The position numbers and the translations under genes were made by a program. DNA of 64,000 nt from the human T2T-CHM13v2.0 reference genome, Homo sapiens. Where the stretch lies: the NCBI RefSeq assembly GCF_009914755.1, contig NC_060928.1; one strand, given 5' to 3'. Of the stretch, positions 63,289 to 64,000 are shown piece after piece (position 1 is the first letter of the stretch; each line of letters starts with the position of its first letter). The notes under the pieces are model-generated. The model had not been told where the DNA came from, searched no databases, and saw nothing but the letters and a program-made list of their open reading frames with translations.

Positions 63289-63597
63289 CTATTTAGTTCA
63301 GTAACTCACCAAAGTTGCTAAGTAATATTCCTTTGAACCAGATGATATTACATAAGTGAAAAAGTTGACTTGGGGTACTTAGCTCAACAGGTGTGGTTTT
63401 GGCAGTGTAATCTCTTGCACTTTTATAATGAAGTGATGATAATAAAAAGTTCACCTTAGACTCACCAGGATGAAACACGACATTTTTGTCTTATAAAGTG
63501 GCTTCCTGAATGTTGCTTGTATGAAGTATTATGATACTAAATCTTTGAACATGCTTTTGTTGCACTGACAATAGACAGGGAAGATATGTTCTCCTAT

Positions 63598-63973
63598 TGT
63601 CTTCATCAATTTGTACTTCTATAAAAATACCACAGAACATGATAAAGGACAGAAATTTATGTTATCTCAGATCTTGAGGCCATGAGTTTAAGATAAAGGC
63701 ACTAGATGGTTTGGTGTCTGATGAGGGTCTGGTCTCTGCTTCTAGGGTGATGACTTATTGCTGCATCCTCTGGAGGGGTGGAATGCTGTGTCCTTACATG
63801 GCTGAAGAGACAGAAGGGGTGGAAAATGGTGAACTCCATCCACCAAGCCCTTTTATAAGAGGACCTTATTCCATTCATGAGGGCAGACCAATAAATGTCT
63901 CTTAATACTGTTGCATTGGGGGCTATGTTTCAATATGAATTTTTCAGAGAACGAATACATTCCAATTATAGCA
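63598..63973 (-). mobile_element. MSTB-like MaLR solo LTR
   Basis: tgtctt...ggtctggtctctgcttc...catcctctggagggg...attatagca. Perfect TSD cctat at 63593-63597 and 63974-63978. Confidence 0.88.
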
Positions 63974-64000
63974 CCTATTTTTATGAGCATTCTGTCAGTC

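Overview
This is primate, almost certainly human, intronic or intergenic DNA (two AluYa5/Ya4-type elements are present). It is AT-rich and dominated by transposable elements. I can support no cellular protein-coding gene, RNA gene or CRISPR array; the longer ORFs I can assign are decayed L1, HERV-W, Tigger1 or Alu frames. Main contents: a Tigger1 split by an old L1PA13-16-type LINE (819-7536), a full-length L1PA6-like LINE (9087-15237), an L1-mobilised HERV-W processed pseudogene with an inverted 5' segment and a doubly deleted env (15500-19527), a twin-primed L1PA3, about 11 Alus, many MaLR/ERV solo LTRs, and MIR/L2/L1M relics. I found no new biological system. The most noteworthy structures are the rearranged HERV-W retrocopy sitting just upstream of the L1 5'UTR, an old local duplication that preserves the empty site of an MLT2A insertion, a 94-bp orphan insert inside an Alu, a closely spaced inverted AluY pair, and one candidate spliced exon. 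All subfamily names come from recalled consensus sequences and need RepeatMasker/Dfam confirmation.
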